Assembly: GCA_951406725.2 (NCBI GenBank)
Contig: OX597817.1
Span: 103,478,001-103,542,000 of the forward strand
Source of the DNA: Octopus vulgaris
Taxonomy: Eukaryota
DNA: 64,000 bases
Direction: 5' to 3'
Shown here: positions 49,701-64,000 of the stretch, piece by piece
How the letters are laid out: every line of letters begins with the position of its first letter
How positions within the stretch are numbered: the first letter of the stretch is position 1
Position numbers and translations under genes: made by a program
The notes under the pieces: generated by a model
Databases searched by the model: none
Told to the model about the DNA's origin: nothing
Seen by the model: the letters and a program-made list of their open reading frames with translations, nothing else

Positions 49701-50289
49701 GATATTGAATGTGGTACAACAGAACGGAAAGCCAATTTTCCTCGACTGCAATAAAAATTAACAAAATAACTAGCCAAAACAAAAAAGCTTATATGTGGTC
49801 GCTTAACATTCTGCCTACCATGGGAGTCACTAGTGACTCAACACGCGATATTCTTAATATATCATATGGGCGTCACTGATAACTCCCAATTGTGATGTTT
49901 TTGTGTTTTTTTAAGGAGCCTCAGCTTGCTGTGGTTCTAAATACATTATTCAAAATTTTGAAAATGAACGGAACACATGTTTCATCCTGTCTCTCGGATG
50001 ATTTTCAATTGCAGAGACATGGAATTTCATCAGAAGATGAGGGATCAGATTCGATATCAGAATGGTGCCAATCACTATAATATCCATCACTGGAGCGCTA
50101 CCCTCAATAAAATAAATCTTGCGAAAAAGAGGTCATTAAGGCTTATATAATATATAATCTGAAATAAATGGAAAGAGAAATCATAGCTGGAAGTATTTAA
50201 CTCTTTTCAACATGTATATCACCGGTGACTGCTATAAAACAATTCGGTAGTTTATATAGTGAACAAGAACATAAATATGGTTAAAATAT

Positions 50290-50955
50290 TGATTTCAGAT
50301 TTTGGCACATGGCCAGCTATTCAGGGGTTGGGGTGGATTAAGTCGATTACATCGACCCCAGTGGTCAACCGGTACTTATTTTATCGACCATGAAAGGAAA
50401 AGTCGACATTGGTAGAATTTGAACATGGAACGTAAAGACGGACGAAATACCACTAAGCATTTTGCCTGACTTGTTGACGATTCTGCCAGCTTACCGTCCG
50501 AAATAGGGTTAAAATATTCATTTCAAATTTTGGCACAAGGTCAGAAATTTCGGGAATGGTAAAAAGTCGATTTCATCGACGCCAGTATTCAACTGATTTT
50601 TACTTTATAGACTCAGAGAGGATGAGAGGCAAAGTCAACCTCGACAGAATTTGAACTCAGAACGTAAAGAGGACGAAATGTCGCAAAGCATTTAGCCCGG
50701 TGTGCTAACGGTTCTGCCAACTCGCCACCTTACAATACCGGTTTCAAATTTTTGTACAAGACCAGCAATTTGGTGGGGAAGGACTAAGTTGATTACATCA
50801 ACCTCAGTACTCAGCAGGTAATTATTTTAACAATCTCGGAAAGGTAAAAGGCAAAGTCGACCGCGGTGCAATTTGAACTCAGAACATAAAAACAGACGAA
50901 ATATCGCTAAGCATTTTTCCCGGTTTGCTAACGATTCTGTCAGCTCGATGCCTTA
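50290..50955 (-). mobile_element. Three head-to-tail SINE family 1 copies
   Basis: Units at ~50290-50500, 50520-50732 and 50740-50955, each with TTTTGGCACAAG...AAAGTCGAC..ATTTGAAC...CGATTCTGCCAGCT on the + strand. Confidence 0.85.
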
Positions 50956-51242
50956 TGTGTGGTTAAAATATTTTTTAAAAGAGGGCCAAATTGCTAACAA
51001 AAATTCGATTGCTAGAGCAAAAGTAAATATGGCACTAAATAGGTTTGGTAGGCAAAGTGTTCACCTGCTACGAAAGGTAGACAAATTTCTTTGAAATTAT
51101 CCCACACTCTTGTTATCTGAAAATGGAAAGAACACATTCGATAATGTAGTCCAAGATACCCTTAAGAAAACGACCGGAACGACTAGAATATCTCAGATCA
51201 CGTATCTGTTAACTTAAAGGTTGAATTGGAATTCAGCAGAAT

Positions 51243-51341
51243 CACCACCACCACCACCATTGTCATCACCATCACCGCCACCACCACCACCACCACCACC
51301 ACCACCACCACCACCACCACCACCACCACCACCTCCACCAC

Positions 51342-51409
<68 letters not shown>

Positions 51410-51425
51410 ACAACAACAACAACGG
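51243..51425. repeat. (CAC)n(CAT)n(CAA)n trinucleotide tract
   Basis: Directly visible; the poly-P/T/S ORFs are artefacts. Confidence 0.95.
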
Positions 51426-51892
51426 TGACAAGAGCAGCAGGAACAACAATAGCAACAATAATTACAACTGTATCGGCAGCAGCATCAGCAGCAATTACAA
51501 CCTCAGTAATGTCATACTACCCAGCCGATAAGACCTGGAAGTTATTTAAGCGTTGATGGAATATATAGAGATTCATGCGAATCACAAAAACGAATAAGGA
51601 AACACAAAACTCTTTTGTATAAAGGTGAAAATTAGTAATGTTTTCAATAATATTATTTGCAGCAAAACAACAACAACAACGACAACTGCAACAACGACGA
51701 CGACAACAACAACAAAAATTCTTTCGAATTTTGTCACAAGAACAGCAAGTTTCAGAGGAAGGGGGAGGTATTTGACTGGTACTTATTTTGTCGTCTACGA
51801 GGCAAAGTTATCCTCAGCGAAAAATGATCTCAGAACATAAATGGAAGAAACAAATGCCGCTAAGCATTTTCTCGACGCACTAAATAATAATA

Positions 51893-52092
51893 ATAAAAAT
51901 ATTACGGAGATGTACTTGCATAGCAAGTGATTTGATCTGAGATCGTGTGCTGGAACGAAAACAATTGCAGCGTGGAAGGTGTTTGTAAGCCATTTAAGAA
52001 ACACACAAAAGCCGTTCGATTCACTTCAACATTTAAGTTTAATTTTTCAAAATATTTTCGTCGCTATAAGACCGCGACCTGTTCACTGACAA
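51893..52092 (-). mobile_element. ~200-bp element with a hammerhead-like fold (G3:C8 variant) at 52044-52092
   Basis: Minus strand reads TTGTCA-GTGAACA-G-GTCGC-GGTCTTATA-GCGAC-GAA-AATATT-T-TGAAAA. Confidence 0.55.
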
Positions 52093-52106
52093 TGATGATG
52101 ATGATG

Positions 52107-52169
<63 letters not shown>

Positions 52170-52170
<1 letters not shown>

Positions 52171-52516
52171 GCAGAAGTAGTGGGGGAGCATCATAGCCAT
52201 GTGTTGAGAGGGATTCTTTGGGGTTTGAATAATTCACCTCTGGAAACATGGGTGGTTCTTTCAACATCCTTAAACAACCCTTATTCAGGAACCTTTTGAG
52301 CGGGATGGGCTACTCAACCTGAAGAAAATTCTAACTGGGCCCCACCTGCAAGGTCATGTGCTGTTTATCTTGATATGAGATCACCATGTCGCGCACATAT
52401 GGTTGTGATGCACGTGCCTGGTGTACCTTTATCAGACGGGTAGTCATGATGGGTATATTGGGCTTCGTATATTTTACCCCGGTGTCACTTTGATGGCATG
52501 AACTGTTCTCTCACTC
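52170..52516 (+). mobile_element. 5'-truncated copy of the ~557-bp non-coding element in (TAA)n
   Basis: Near-identical reverse complement of 19781-20128; (TAA)n on both sides. Confidence 0.88.
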
Positions 52517-52531
52517 AATAATAATAATAAT

Positions 52532-54745
<2,214 letters not shown>

Positions 54746-54789
54746 AATGAATAATAATAATAATAACAACAACAATAATAATAACAATA

Positions 54790-56032
54790 TGGTCAAGGTC
54801 AGCGAGGCGCATCAAAACAGTGTGAAGATGGTATTGAAATCCAACATGAATGCCAAAAATTTGATTACCGTAAGGAATATCTGCGTTGTTGCGATGGTCA
54901 GATATAGCGTGTCCATCCTCAAATGGCTTAAGGAGGAAATATCAACACTGGATAGAAGGACGAGAAAGTTGATGACGCTGCATGGAGCACTACATCCTAA
55001 AGCAAACGTAAACAGACTGTATATGAAAAGAAAGAATGGTGGCAAAGGACTAATTGGTATAGACCATTGTATAAGGAGTGAAAGGAGAACGCTTGCCGAG
55101 TATTCGATAAAAAGTGATGAAGATCTGCTGCAATATGCCGCGAAAGATATGGGTGAAATGATGGGCAAGGAAGAGTTTAACCAAAGAGCTGAGGAGAAGA
55201 GAAAAGACATTGAAATGAGAATGCATGGACAGTTTGAAAGGAATACACAAGACGTTAAGGATAATACAGTATTGTGGGCATGGTTTGAGTGAGGTGATTT
55301 GAAGCGTACCACCGAAAGCCTGATCATTGCTGCACAAGACCAGACTCTCGCTACCAATTCAGTGAAGTATAACATCTACAAAACTTCTGGCACCTAGAAA
55401 TACAGACTCTGTGGAAAGAGTGTGGAAAATGTGACCCACTTGGTAAGTGGATATGAGAGCCTTGCACAAAAAGAATACAAACACTGCCACAATAAACTGT
55501 GTGTGTATATCTTCATTGGCTCTTATGACTTAAATACCAATATGAAGTAACAGAGAACTGGTATGAGCATGTACCAAGTAAAGTTATGCAGAAGGATGGA
55601 AAAGTAACGATACTCTGGGACTATGATTTTCAGACGGATCGTGTACTCGAACACCGTCGGCCGGATATTGTCCTATTGAACAAGAGAGACAAATACTGTC
55701 AGATCATTGATGTAGCTATAGCAAATGACATAAATGTTGTGAGTAAAGTGGTTGAAAAGATCACCAAATACTCCGAATTGAAACTGGAAATGGCAAGACT
55801 GTATGGAATGCGAGAGGGTAATGTAAAAGTGATACCAGTGGTGATCGAAGCGTTGGGCCCAATCCCATTGAAACTTCAGGAAATTCTATGCAAGATTGAT
55901 ATCTTGCAAAAAGCAGCCTTATTGGGTACAGCGTACATCATAAGAAAAATATTATGTGTCTCAGGTCCTTGTTGTGACTTGACAGATGATTAAAGACTCC
56001 GGTGCATTTTTACCTACACTGTGTTACGAAGG
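54790..56032 (+). mobile_element. R4/Dong-like family D, 3' fragment
   Basis: LDRRTRKLMTLHGALHPKANVNRLY..GGKGL, ESLIIAAQDQTL, ILWDYDFQTDRVLEHRRPDIV..IDVAI..KYSELK..ALG..LGTAYIIRK. (TAA)n tail. Confidence 0.92.
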
Positions 56033-56053
56033 AATAATAACAACAACAACAGC

Positions 56054-56105
<52 letters not shown>

Positions 56106-56279
56106 TTTCTTTCAAATTTTGGTGAAAAGACAGTATTTTTTGCGGAGGTAGACAAATGTGTCTTTGTACGTGCGTGCTTACGTTCATACATTTATATATG
56201 AATATGAACGTTTGTGTGAGGGGTATAATCTATTACATTAATCCCAGTGCTCAACTAGTAATTATTTTATTGACCACGC

Positions 56280-56443
56280 AGGTGCAGGCGTGGTTGTGTG
56301 ATAAGAAGCTTGCTTCACAACGACATGGCTCTGGGTCCAGTCCCACTGCGTGACACCTTGGGCAAGTACCCTCTACTATAGCCTTGGGCTGACCAAAGGC
56401 TTGTGAGCGGATTTGGTTGGTGGAAACTGAAAGAAGCCTGTCG

Positions 56444-56480
<37 letters not shown>

Positions 56481-56690
56481 ATCTATGTCTGTGCGTGCCT
56501 TTGTATCTATGTGTGTACCCCCCCCCCAGTGTTGGTATGTTTATATCCCCGTAACTTGGTGGTTCAGCAAAAGAAACTGATTGTATAATGCGTTAAAAAA
56601 ATAAGTACTGGCTAAAAATCTTTGAGGCAATATTCCAGTATGATCGCAGTCAAATGACAGAAACAATATAAAGAGTAAAGAATACATATA
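56280..56690 (+). mobile_element. tRNA-derived SINE family 2 with an internal (TA)(TG) microsatellite
   Basis: GGTGCAGGCGTGGTTGTGTGATAAGAAGCTTGCTTC..CAGTCCCACTGCG..CACCTTGGGCAAGT..GGAAACTGAAAGAAGCC. Related partial copies at ~12330-12455, 48880-49045 and 61090-61240. Confidence 0.85.
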
Positions 56691-56719
56691 TACTTCTAGA
56701 TACTACCTGCCCTTGAGGC

Positions 56720-57200
56720 ATGATATGTTTACAGTGACTATTCGCAGGAATGATTGTGCTGACGTATTAATCAAAGACATGTCAGAACCAGCAGGTATTT
56801 ACACCTATAGAAACAAGAAATACTGATGGAATACCCCGATAAAAACATCAGTTCGATGCAAACATAACAGACCAGATATTCTGATGGACGGGAAAAAAAG
56901 TCATGCATTACTTTGGAGCTTAACGGCCCAGCATTTGTGAATGAGCCATCAAAAGTTCTGGAAAAAGAGAACATTTACGGTGAATTAATACGGAACTTAC
57001 ACCTCTTGTACCTTGACTATAAATTCAAATTTGTACCTATTATCTTAGGTGCTTTAGGCTATGTACCTACACATTTACACAAAAACCCAAACATACTAGG
57101 TTTTTCGAAGCAAAAGATACTGGCTCGGATTCTCTAAATCCAAACTATTAGTGGCATAGTGAAGATTTGTAAGACATTTCAAAGATTCGTAACTGAGATT
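56720..57200 (+). mobile_element. 3' RLE fragment of a further R4-like non-LTR family
   Basis: RHD-like start, KHNRPDI, KVLEKENIYGELIRNL..FVPIILGALGYVP..IQTISGIVKICKTF. Confidence 0.7.
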
Positions 57201-57834
57201 CTGTAGATGCACACATTTGGGTGTGTGTGTCGACAGCTCAAGCAACACATCATCTCAATCACTTATTTATAAACAGCGAGAGTTCTCTTAATTCAAAAAG
57301 TCTTGTCGCTTTGTTAGTTTGAACTCTCTTGAAAAGAACTCAAAGGAAGATCATACATACATGCATTTATACACGTATCTATGTGTAAAGCTCTTTCGAA
57401 TTGTAAAGCACGTTGTCAGTATATAACAAATAGATACTAATTCTTTAAGCAAATATAATATTGGGATTACATTCCGTATGTTTTTAGTAGATAAGAAAAT
57501 ACTACAGGTGATGTGTTTCAGGAAGCATATATGCTATGGTATAGTTAACATATATCTTGACTGTATATGAAATATGTATAGTCCAACAAGAAGTAGATTT
57601 ATTTACAAAGATCTCGGTTACAAAACCTGAAACATGTCCATATTTCTGTAAGGCAGAGAGGTTGGATCTTATGCTTCTACTAGATAAGCGGACAAAACGA
57701 TTTGTACTAAGAAAATGTGTTTTCGACATTTTCTATAGAAACAAATGTATCAACTTCATGATGCAGCGAATATGTTCACAATTCTCAAGCAGAAATGACT
57801 ATATGCACTGATATATAAGGAACACAAAAGACGT

Positions 57835-58115
57835 AATCAGTATTAATGTTTTATATGATGTATACGTGTTTCATGAGATTGGCAGACATCATTTATGTGA
57901 GCATAAAGACAATTTACATAAACAAATGCCATTGGTCTCCTTCATCAGCATTACTCAACAAAATACAACACGAGGAAACACGGGCCCTTTGAGTAATGCC
58001 TACGAACGGGCTCGATAGCATTTATCCATGTAATTGGACTTTATGCTCTTTTAATTTATGCTTGCCAATCTCACGAAACACCTGTACATTATATAAGTAT
58101 CAACGCTGATTGTGT
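57835..58115. ncRNA. Inverted pair of diverged type-I hammerhead-like motifs (minus 57856-57953; plus 57994-58091)
   Basis: Minus: TAATG-CTGATGA-[long stem II]-GAAAC-ACGT-ATA-CATCA. Plus: TAATG-CCTACGA-[stem II]-GAAAC-ACCT-GTA-CATTA. The arms are homologous over ~125 bp. Confidence 0.6.
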
Positions 58116-58269
58116 TTTCTTTGTTCTTTTTCTTTATACGCCACGATGCATTCTAGCCTCTCTGGTGTCTAACCACGTCGGAGAAAAGAGTTGAATATAG
58201 AACTGACTTAACGCATCCATACTCATTGGTAATGCGCCGCGCCTTTAAGTATACCAACCATTTGAATTA

Positions 58270-58462
58270 TATGTATGTATGTGTGTATATATGTATGCAT
58301 GCATGTATGTATGCATGCATGCATGTATGTATGTATGCATGCATGTATGTATGTATGTATGTATGTATGTATGTATGTATGTATGTATGTATGTATGTAT
58401 GTATGTATGTATGTATGTATGTATGTATGTATGTATGTATGTATGTATGTATGTATGTATGT
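58270..58462. repeat. (TATG)n microsatellite
   Basis: Directly visible. Confidence 0.96.
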
Positions 58463-59900
58463 TCATTCTGAAGGAAAACGATCTACAGGAAGATCCCAGC
58501 TCTACTTCAAAGAGGTTTACATGCAAGGTTGTAGATCAATAATGATACAATAGAAACAATTCAGACTGAAACATTTTGAGACGATGTTTGCAAACAGAAC
58601 ATTAGCGATTTAAGGAGTTGCTGCAGCAAAAAGATAGGTGGCTCCCTAAGAAGAGCGGTCCTTCAAAGGTTTCTTGTGAAAGTCACACACCCCTACCAAA
58701 AAAAAAAAATAAATAAAATGAAAAGAAAAGAAAAGAAAGAAAGAAAAGGGAATAAAGGAAAACAAACAGTCAAGTCACATATGTGAATAATGCGCAACGA
58801 CTGTTTCACTGTTATTGGCATGTCAGAAACTTCAGATAATGCCTTAGCAAAACAACTGAGAAATCTAAATTTGGTAAATATCATTTATATAAGCATATAA
58901 ACATAAAAATGGCCAATACAAATATTTAGAAAGGAACGGTGGCTGAATTAAGTGCATAAATCAAAGCTAATTAAATTAAATTCTAGTTATTAACCTATAT
59001 ATTTTTTATGAATAGCAGAGAAATCCTAAACGCGAATGAAACAGAACATAATGGAACGAACATATATGGAACATTAAATCCCAGATGTAAGGCTGATAGG
59101 ATTTATATACCTCGTATAAAATGAGGAAACGGTGTAATTGCTTGTGAAGAATCTATACAATGTTAGGCAAATTGTGTGGAAATACTGCTGAAGGCTGGAA
59201 TAGTTAAGACAGAAAGATCAATAGCATCTGACGAATTGGAGAGATATCTTGAAAAAATATGGATCGAGAGATCTGTGATCGTGCTTAATAAAATTAAATC
59301 AAAAGACTTTTGCATTGATCTTTGCAGCAGAAGAAGAGGCTCTGGAAACATGATATTTAGTTCCATGGAGATAGATAAGGCCACTGAATCACCATTCGGA
59401 AAAAATGTGACCAGGGGAAGTGAATGCGTAATATATCTTGATAAGAGTATGTTGTAAACCAGCTGAGATATGATATAAGATAAGACATGTTAACATACAC
59501 GGATTATAAGGGCGGGGGATTGGTTAGAGTATCGAAAAATCTTCTTTACAGTATTTAGATTCGTTCAAAATTCAAATCCTGACGACGTTAACTTTGCCAA
59601 GGTTGATTAATCGCGTACACTCTCAACCTCTCCTCCTCAATACGTGCCCTTCTGCCACTATTTGAATTAAAAATTGTTGGCAGAGTCATTAGATCAAATT
59701 ACGCCGTATCAACTTCGCTTTCTTCATTTCAGCGTCGATAAAATAAGAACCAGTAATGCATTTGTAACGTGTAATTCAACTGTTCATTTCACCAGATTTC
59801 CTAAGCTTGTGCCAATGCTTGAAATCAATATTACACCTGTTTTCCTATAGAAAATGCTTGGAAAGGGCAACGATATGATATCAACACCATCCCTCTGGTA

Positions 59901-60370
59901 CAGTATTTCCCAACCGTTTTAGTCTCAGAGAACCTTTGAAATATATTCCATGTTTTAGGAAAGCCCTACATAAAATTATTAAATAATTTATGTACTCACT
60001 TCTTTTTCTTTCATAAAATTAAATTTTACGAGAGATTAAGCAAATCACAAAACCGCCTTTAGAAGGTTTGGCAATGCTAAATCCGTCAGACGACAGAAAT
60101 TTCATCTTAACCAAGACTACACTTAGAATTCCCTTACAATTCCCTATTAAGGAATCGATTTTTTTTGTAAGAATCCTTATTACATACAGATACCTGGATG
60201 ATATTGTTACTATTAGGAAATATGCCATGTGTGTATAATAAAAGAACGAATATAGAATTTAATACAGAAATTACTGTAATTTGCATATAATTTGCTTATT
60301 TCTCACGGAGCCCCCTAGCGATTTCTCACTGAAGCTTAGGATTCCAAGGAGCCCTATTTGAAAGACGCTA
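59901..60370. mobile_element. Non-autonomous hAT (Charlie-like) MITE, ~470 bp
   Basis: Left end CAGTATTTCCCAACC, right end TTTGAAAGACGCTA, subterminal C.CGGA.CCC-like motifs. The 8-bp flanks CTCTGGTA and TTCTAATA resemble a decayed NTCTAGAN target-site duplication. Confidence 0.55.
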
Positions 60371-60981
60371 TTCTAATATAATTCGGTCTTACATTGTAAA
60401 TGTTGCCATGGTTTTAAAATTCGGTGCTAGTATACAATAGAAATTAGAAACTGCTTTAGTAGCTAAAATAAAATAAAAATTTTAAATGCATAATTATTTG
60501 AAAGTATCGTCATTGCGGTATCTAGAACTGATTGTACTGGAAACGAGTAACCAAAAGTAACTTAAGAAATATCAAGCCATCGAGCGTGAGATTACAATTA
60601 TGGTCATCAAAGAAAATTTTCTGTTCTTTTAATATTTTATTGGTTTCAGTCACTCGAATGTGGCCTTATTGTAATGTAGCACAAAGCACATGGGTTTTCT
60701 TCTATCATATTGACCCCGGTAGTTGTTTCAGCCTGGTACTTGTTTTATAGATTCTATATATCGAAAACTTCGTTACGTTTATGATATAATGTGAAGCAAC
60801 TCGATACACCTACTTATAGCATTAACACTGACAAGCACACTCGCACGTGCGCGCGCACACACGCACACACAAACACACACGCACACACACACGCACACAC
60901 ACACACAACACAACAGAGATACACTAGTTAGTATATAAATATATATATGTATTATGTATTTATGTACTCACTTATCTTTCT

Positions 60982-61058
<77 letters not shown>

Positions 61059-61481
61059 CAGACAGATGCATATATGTATATATATACCTGACGGGCTGCC
61101 GTCCAGTTTCCAGATATCAAATTTCTCTCACAAGTCACAAGCCAACCGTAGGCTAGAGTAGAATCATGACAGATACCTAATGTACACGTGCATTGAGATC
61201 GAAGTCAGAGCCTTGTGGTCGTAAAGGGAACTCTTAAACTCTTTAACGTTAATGACTTCACCTCTGTCAAATTACTATTGCGAACTATAGGAATAATTTG
61301 TGATAGGTTTAAGAAATGTTTAACGAAGTATTTTTGGAATCTGGAGTAAACGTCAGTTACCATAGCGCCACCACCACCACCACCACCACCACCACCACCA
61401 CTATCGTCGTGACTATATTTCGTACCTTAAAATTATAACTTCTTGTAAGAGCCAATAACGGAGTCTCTATATGATCACATG

Positions 61482-61600
61482 AAGGCGCGTGACTTAGTAT
61501 TTAGGGTATTCGGTTTAAGATCGCAAGGTCGAGGGTTCAATTCCCGGCGACGCATTGTGTCCTTGAACAGGACACTTTATTTCACGCTGCTCCAGTCCAC
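61482..61600 (+). mobile_element. SINE family 3, 5' part (tRNA-like head)
   Basis: GGCGCGTGACTTAGT.TTTAGG (A box), GGTTCAATTCCC (B box), TGTGTCCTTGAACAGGACACTTTATTTCAC. Confidence 0.75.
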
Positions 61601-62016
61601 GAAGTTCTGTTGAAATCATATTCTACCATATAAAGAAAATGATATCCATGTTCAACATCGATTCCAAAACATTTCCGGGTTACTGATTTTTCTGAACCAG
61701 GGTTTGTTACCTTGATCAATGAACTCTAAAGTAAACAAATACTAAATTTATTTAAATAATTAAATGAAATACAGGTATCTGGACATCAGAGTAAATTACT
61801 GCGAATTATAAGAGGCTCAGGAAAATCGTTGTTGTACCTGTATTGGTTAGCGTAAACATACTTTTCCCTAGAACGTCTATAGTCATTAGTCTGTGCGATT
61901 CGAACCGTTTTACTACGTACCAAAGAAAAAAAAACAGTAATAACAACAACATCTCTAAGTGGTCGCTCGATCTGTTTAAAATACCTGTCTGATTTCTTTC
62001 AGATCACTATTCAGAT

Positions 62017-62140
62017 GTATTTTTTATGAATATCATCGATTAAAAAAAAACGAAGGTGATGATATTCATAAAAAATACCTTTCAATAGGCAATTAGGGTT
62101 AGGATTAGGATTAGTGTTAGAGTTAGGTTTAGGCTTAAGG
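62017..62140. repeat. Perfect 21-bp inverted repeat followed by a degenerate TTAGGG-like array
   Basis: GTATTTTTTATGAATATCATC (62017-62037) and GATGATATTCATAAAAAATAC (62058-62078), then TTAGGG TTAGGA TTAGGA TTAGTG TTAGAG TTAGGT TTAGGC TTAAGG. Confidence 0.85.
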
Positions 62141-62209
62141 CATTTGATTATAATCTTGTTTTATCGGAGTTGGCTTGAATGGGGGATAAACAACAATATC
62201 AACGATATC

Positions 62210-62413
62210 TTTTTATCTTTTACTTGTTTCACTTATTAGATTGTGGCCATGCTGGGGCACCGCATTGAAGAATTTTTAATCGAATGAATTCCCCCTAGTA
62301 CTTTTCTATTTAAGCCTGGTACTTATTCTGTCAGTCTCTTCCGCCGAACCGCTAAGCTGCGGGACGTAAACACACCAACACCGGACAAACGCACATACAC
62401 ACGCACACACACA

Positions 62414-62463
<50 letters not shown>

Positions 62464-62620
62464 CATAAATGTATATATATATAAACAAAGGCTTCTTTCA
62501 GTTTACGTCTACCAAATTTACTCATAAGGCTTTGGTCGGTCCGAGGCTCTAGTATAAGACACTTGCCCAAGGTGCCACGCAATGGGACTGAACCAGGAAC
62601 CATGAGGTTGGGAAGCAGCT
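62210..62620 (-). mobile_element. SINE family 2 copy
   Basis: Reverse complement of the 56280 family (CTTCCCAACC.CATGGTTCC.GGTTCAGTCCCA.TGCGTGGCACCTTGGGCAAGTGTC). Confidence 0.85.
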
Positions 62621-63285
62621 ACTTTCAGTATAAGCTCGTAAAGCCGAGAGAGTAACGTGGTGCCATCGGATTCTGAACTTCTTGTTAATGACAAACTTCT
62701 CTTTATTTTACCAAAAGTTATACTAACACAAACAATACAATACAGTAGAGAGATAAATATATACGTATATAAAATCAATACCCAGGATTGTAGAGTTTGC
62801 AGTTACAAATTATACCACTAAAGTGAAAGAAGGATCCTTTTGATCCAATGACAGATCTCCTACGTGTCGCTCTTCGAAAAATAGCAGTCAAATCCTCCTC
62901 AAATCACACTCAATTTTCTTTCACATAGGGAAGGTCTGACTGGATAAGGTAGTCCCAAAACTTCCGAGTAAAAAGAAAGGAAGAAAGATTATAACCCTGG
63001 CAATAATCCTGTTGATCATTGGGTTGTGATCTAAACAACAATAGCACCAGCAACAGTAGCAGCAGTGACAATAAACGTACAGCATTTTGAGCAGTGTGAA
63101 CTCGATCAGAGAGACGCACCGAAGCTCTGGTAATATTATACGGTGCAGTAAACCTTCAGCTGGTTGCTCGATACACTATCGACTAATTTGTATGAAATAC
63201 AAAATATCAAAACATAGTAAATTCAAAGTATTAAATTTAGGCAACATAAAGTTAAATAAACACAGACACACACACACACACGCAC

Positions 63286-63346
<61 letters not shown>

Positions 63347-63717
63347 TATCAAAGTATATAGTATTATAAATCAATTACAGCCTATCTTACCAATTGGTTT
63401 CAAAGTGTCTTTTCCATACTTGCCATACACACAGTATTACTTAAACGTACTGTAACGTAAAATCCAGTTTTAGTACCCGGTGTGAAACTGATATGTCGAA
63501 TCAGCTCTAATGGGTCTATAACACTGTATAATTTGATTAATACAGCCTCTTTATTGACAAATATACGAGTACATTTTTTTTCTGACTTATGAAGTCGTAG
63601 ACGACTGTAAATATATGTATACACATGTATATTTATGTCTGTGTATATATGTATGTATGTATACATGCATGTACTTATGTACGTACTTATGTGTGTATAT
63701 ATATACATATATATATA

Positions 63718-63770
<53 letters not shown>

Positions 63771-64000
63771 GAAATATTAAAATAACTAAGTCTCTCTAAA
63801 AGAGAACAGCGGCAGCGTTCCCGGAAAATAATAGTTATCGCCATACTAATATGGCATTCTTATAAAAATAAGAAAAAAGCTGTCCGCTTATTAGCTCCAT
63901 GAGGCCATCGCCTTAAGTTAGCTATTTGATACACAAACTGTATCCATATAACCTTCGAACATGTATGTATGTATGTATGTATGTATGTATGTATGTATGT

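Noticed and set aside
50290-50955. CRISPR-like or tandem gene array
   Set aside because: The units are ~210-bp SINE copies in eukaryotic DNA, with no repeat-spacer structure or cas genes.
51221-51556. Proline/serine-rich ORF suggesting a formin- or extensin-like exon
   Set aside because: Pure trinucleotide tracts with no flanking domain or splice support.
59163-59457. Overlapping 93-aa (+) and 73-aa (-) ORFs in unique sequence
   Set aside because: No recognisable motif or convincing splice sites; length is compatible with chance.
61482-61555. tRNA gene
   Set aside because: The acceptor stem is broken and it continues into SINE body sequence shared with 49395-49700.

Overview
AT-rich eukaryotic (metazoan) non-coding DNA; no host protein-coding exon could be supported. 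The SINE families and the dense (TA)n/(CATA)n/(GATA)n/(CA)n/(TAA)n microsatellites resemble octopus genomic DNA (inference from recall, not a search). Most six-frame ORFs are microsatellite artefacts. The window is a transposon graveyard. It holds a Buster-type hAT remnant split by a CR1/Jockey-group LINE, two orientation-locked clusters of R4/Dong-like restriction-like-endonuclease (RLE) retrotransposons in (TAA)n tracts (minus strand at 13.6-21.6 kb, plus strand at 52.6-56 kb), an RTE LINE, a full-length dead mariner, three tRNA-derived SINE families and MITEs. Four signals stand out. (1) A ~557-bp non-coding element with a fixed 5' end follows the Dong targeting rule. (2) Three short elements carry minimal type-I hammerhead-ribozyme-like folds, including a G3:C8 core swap and a back-to-back inverted pair with complementary defects. 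(3) SINE (TTA)n tails appear to seed Dong landing pads. (4) There is a ~150-bp palindrome at 34.3 kb. Boundaries of degenerate elements are approximate.
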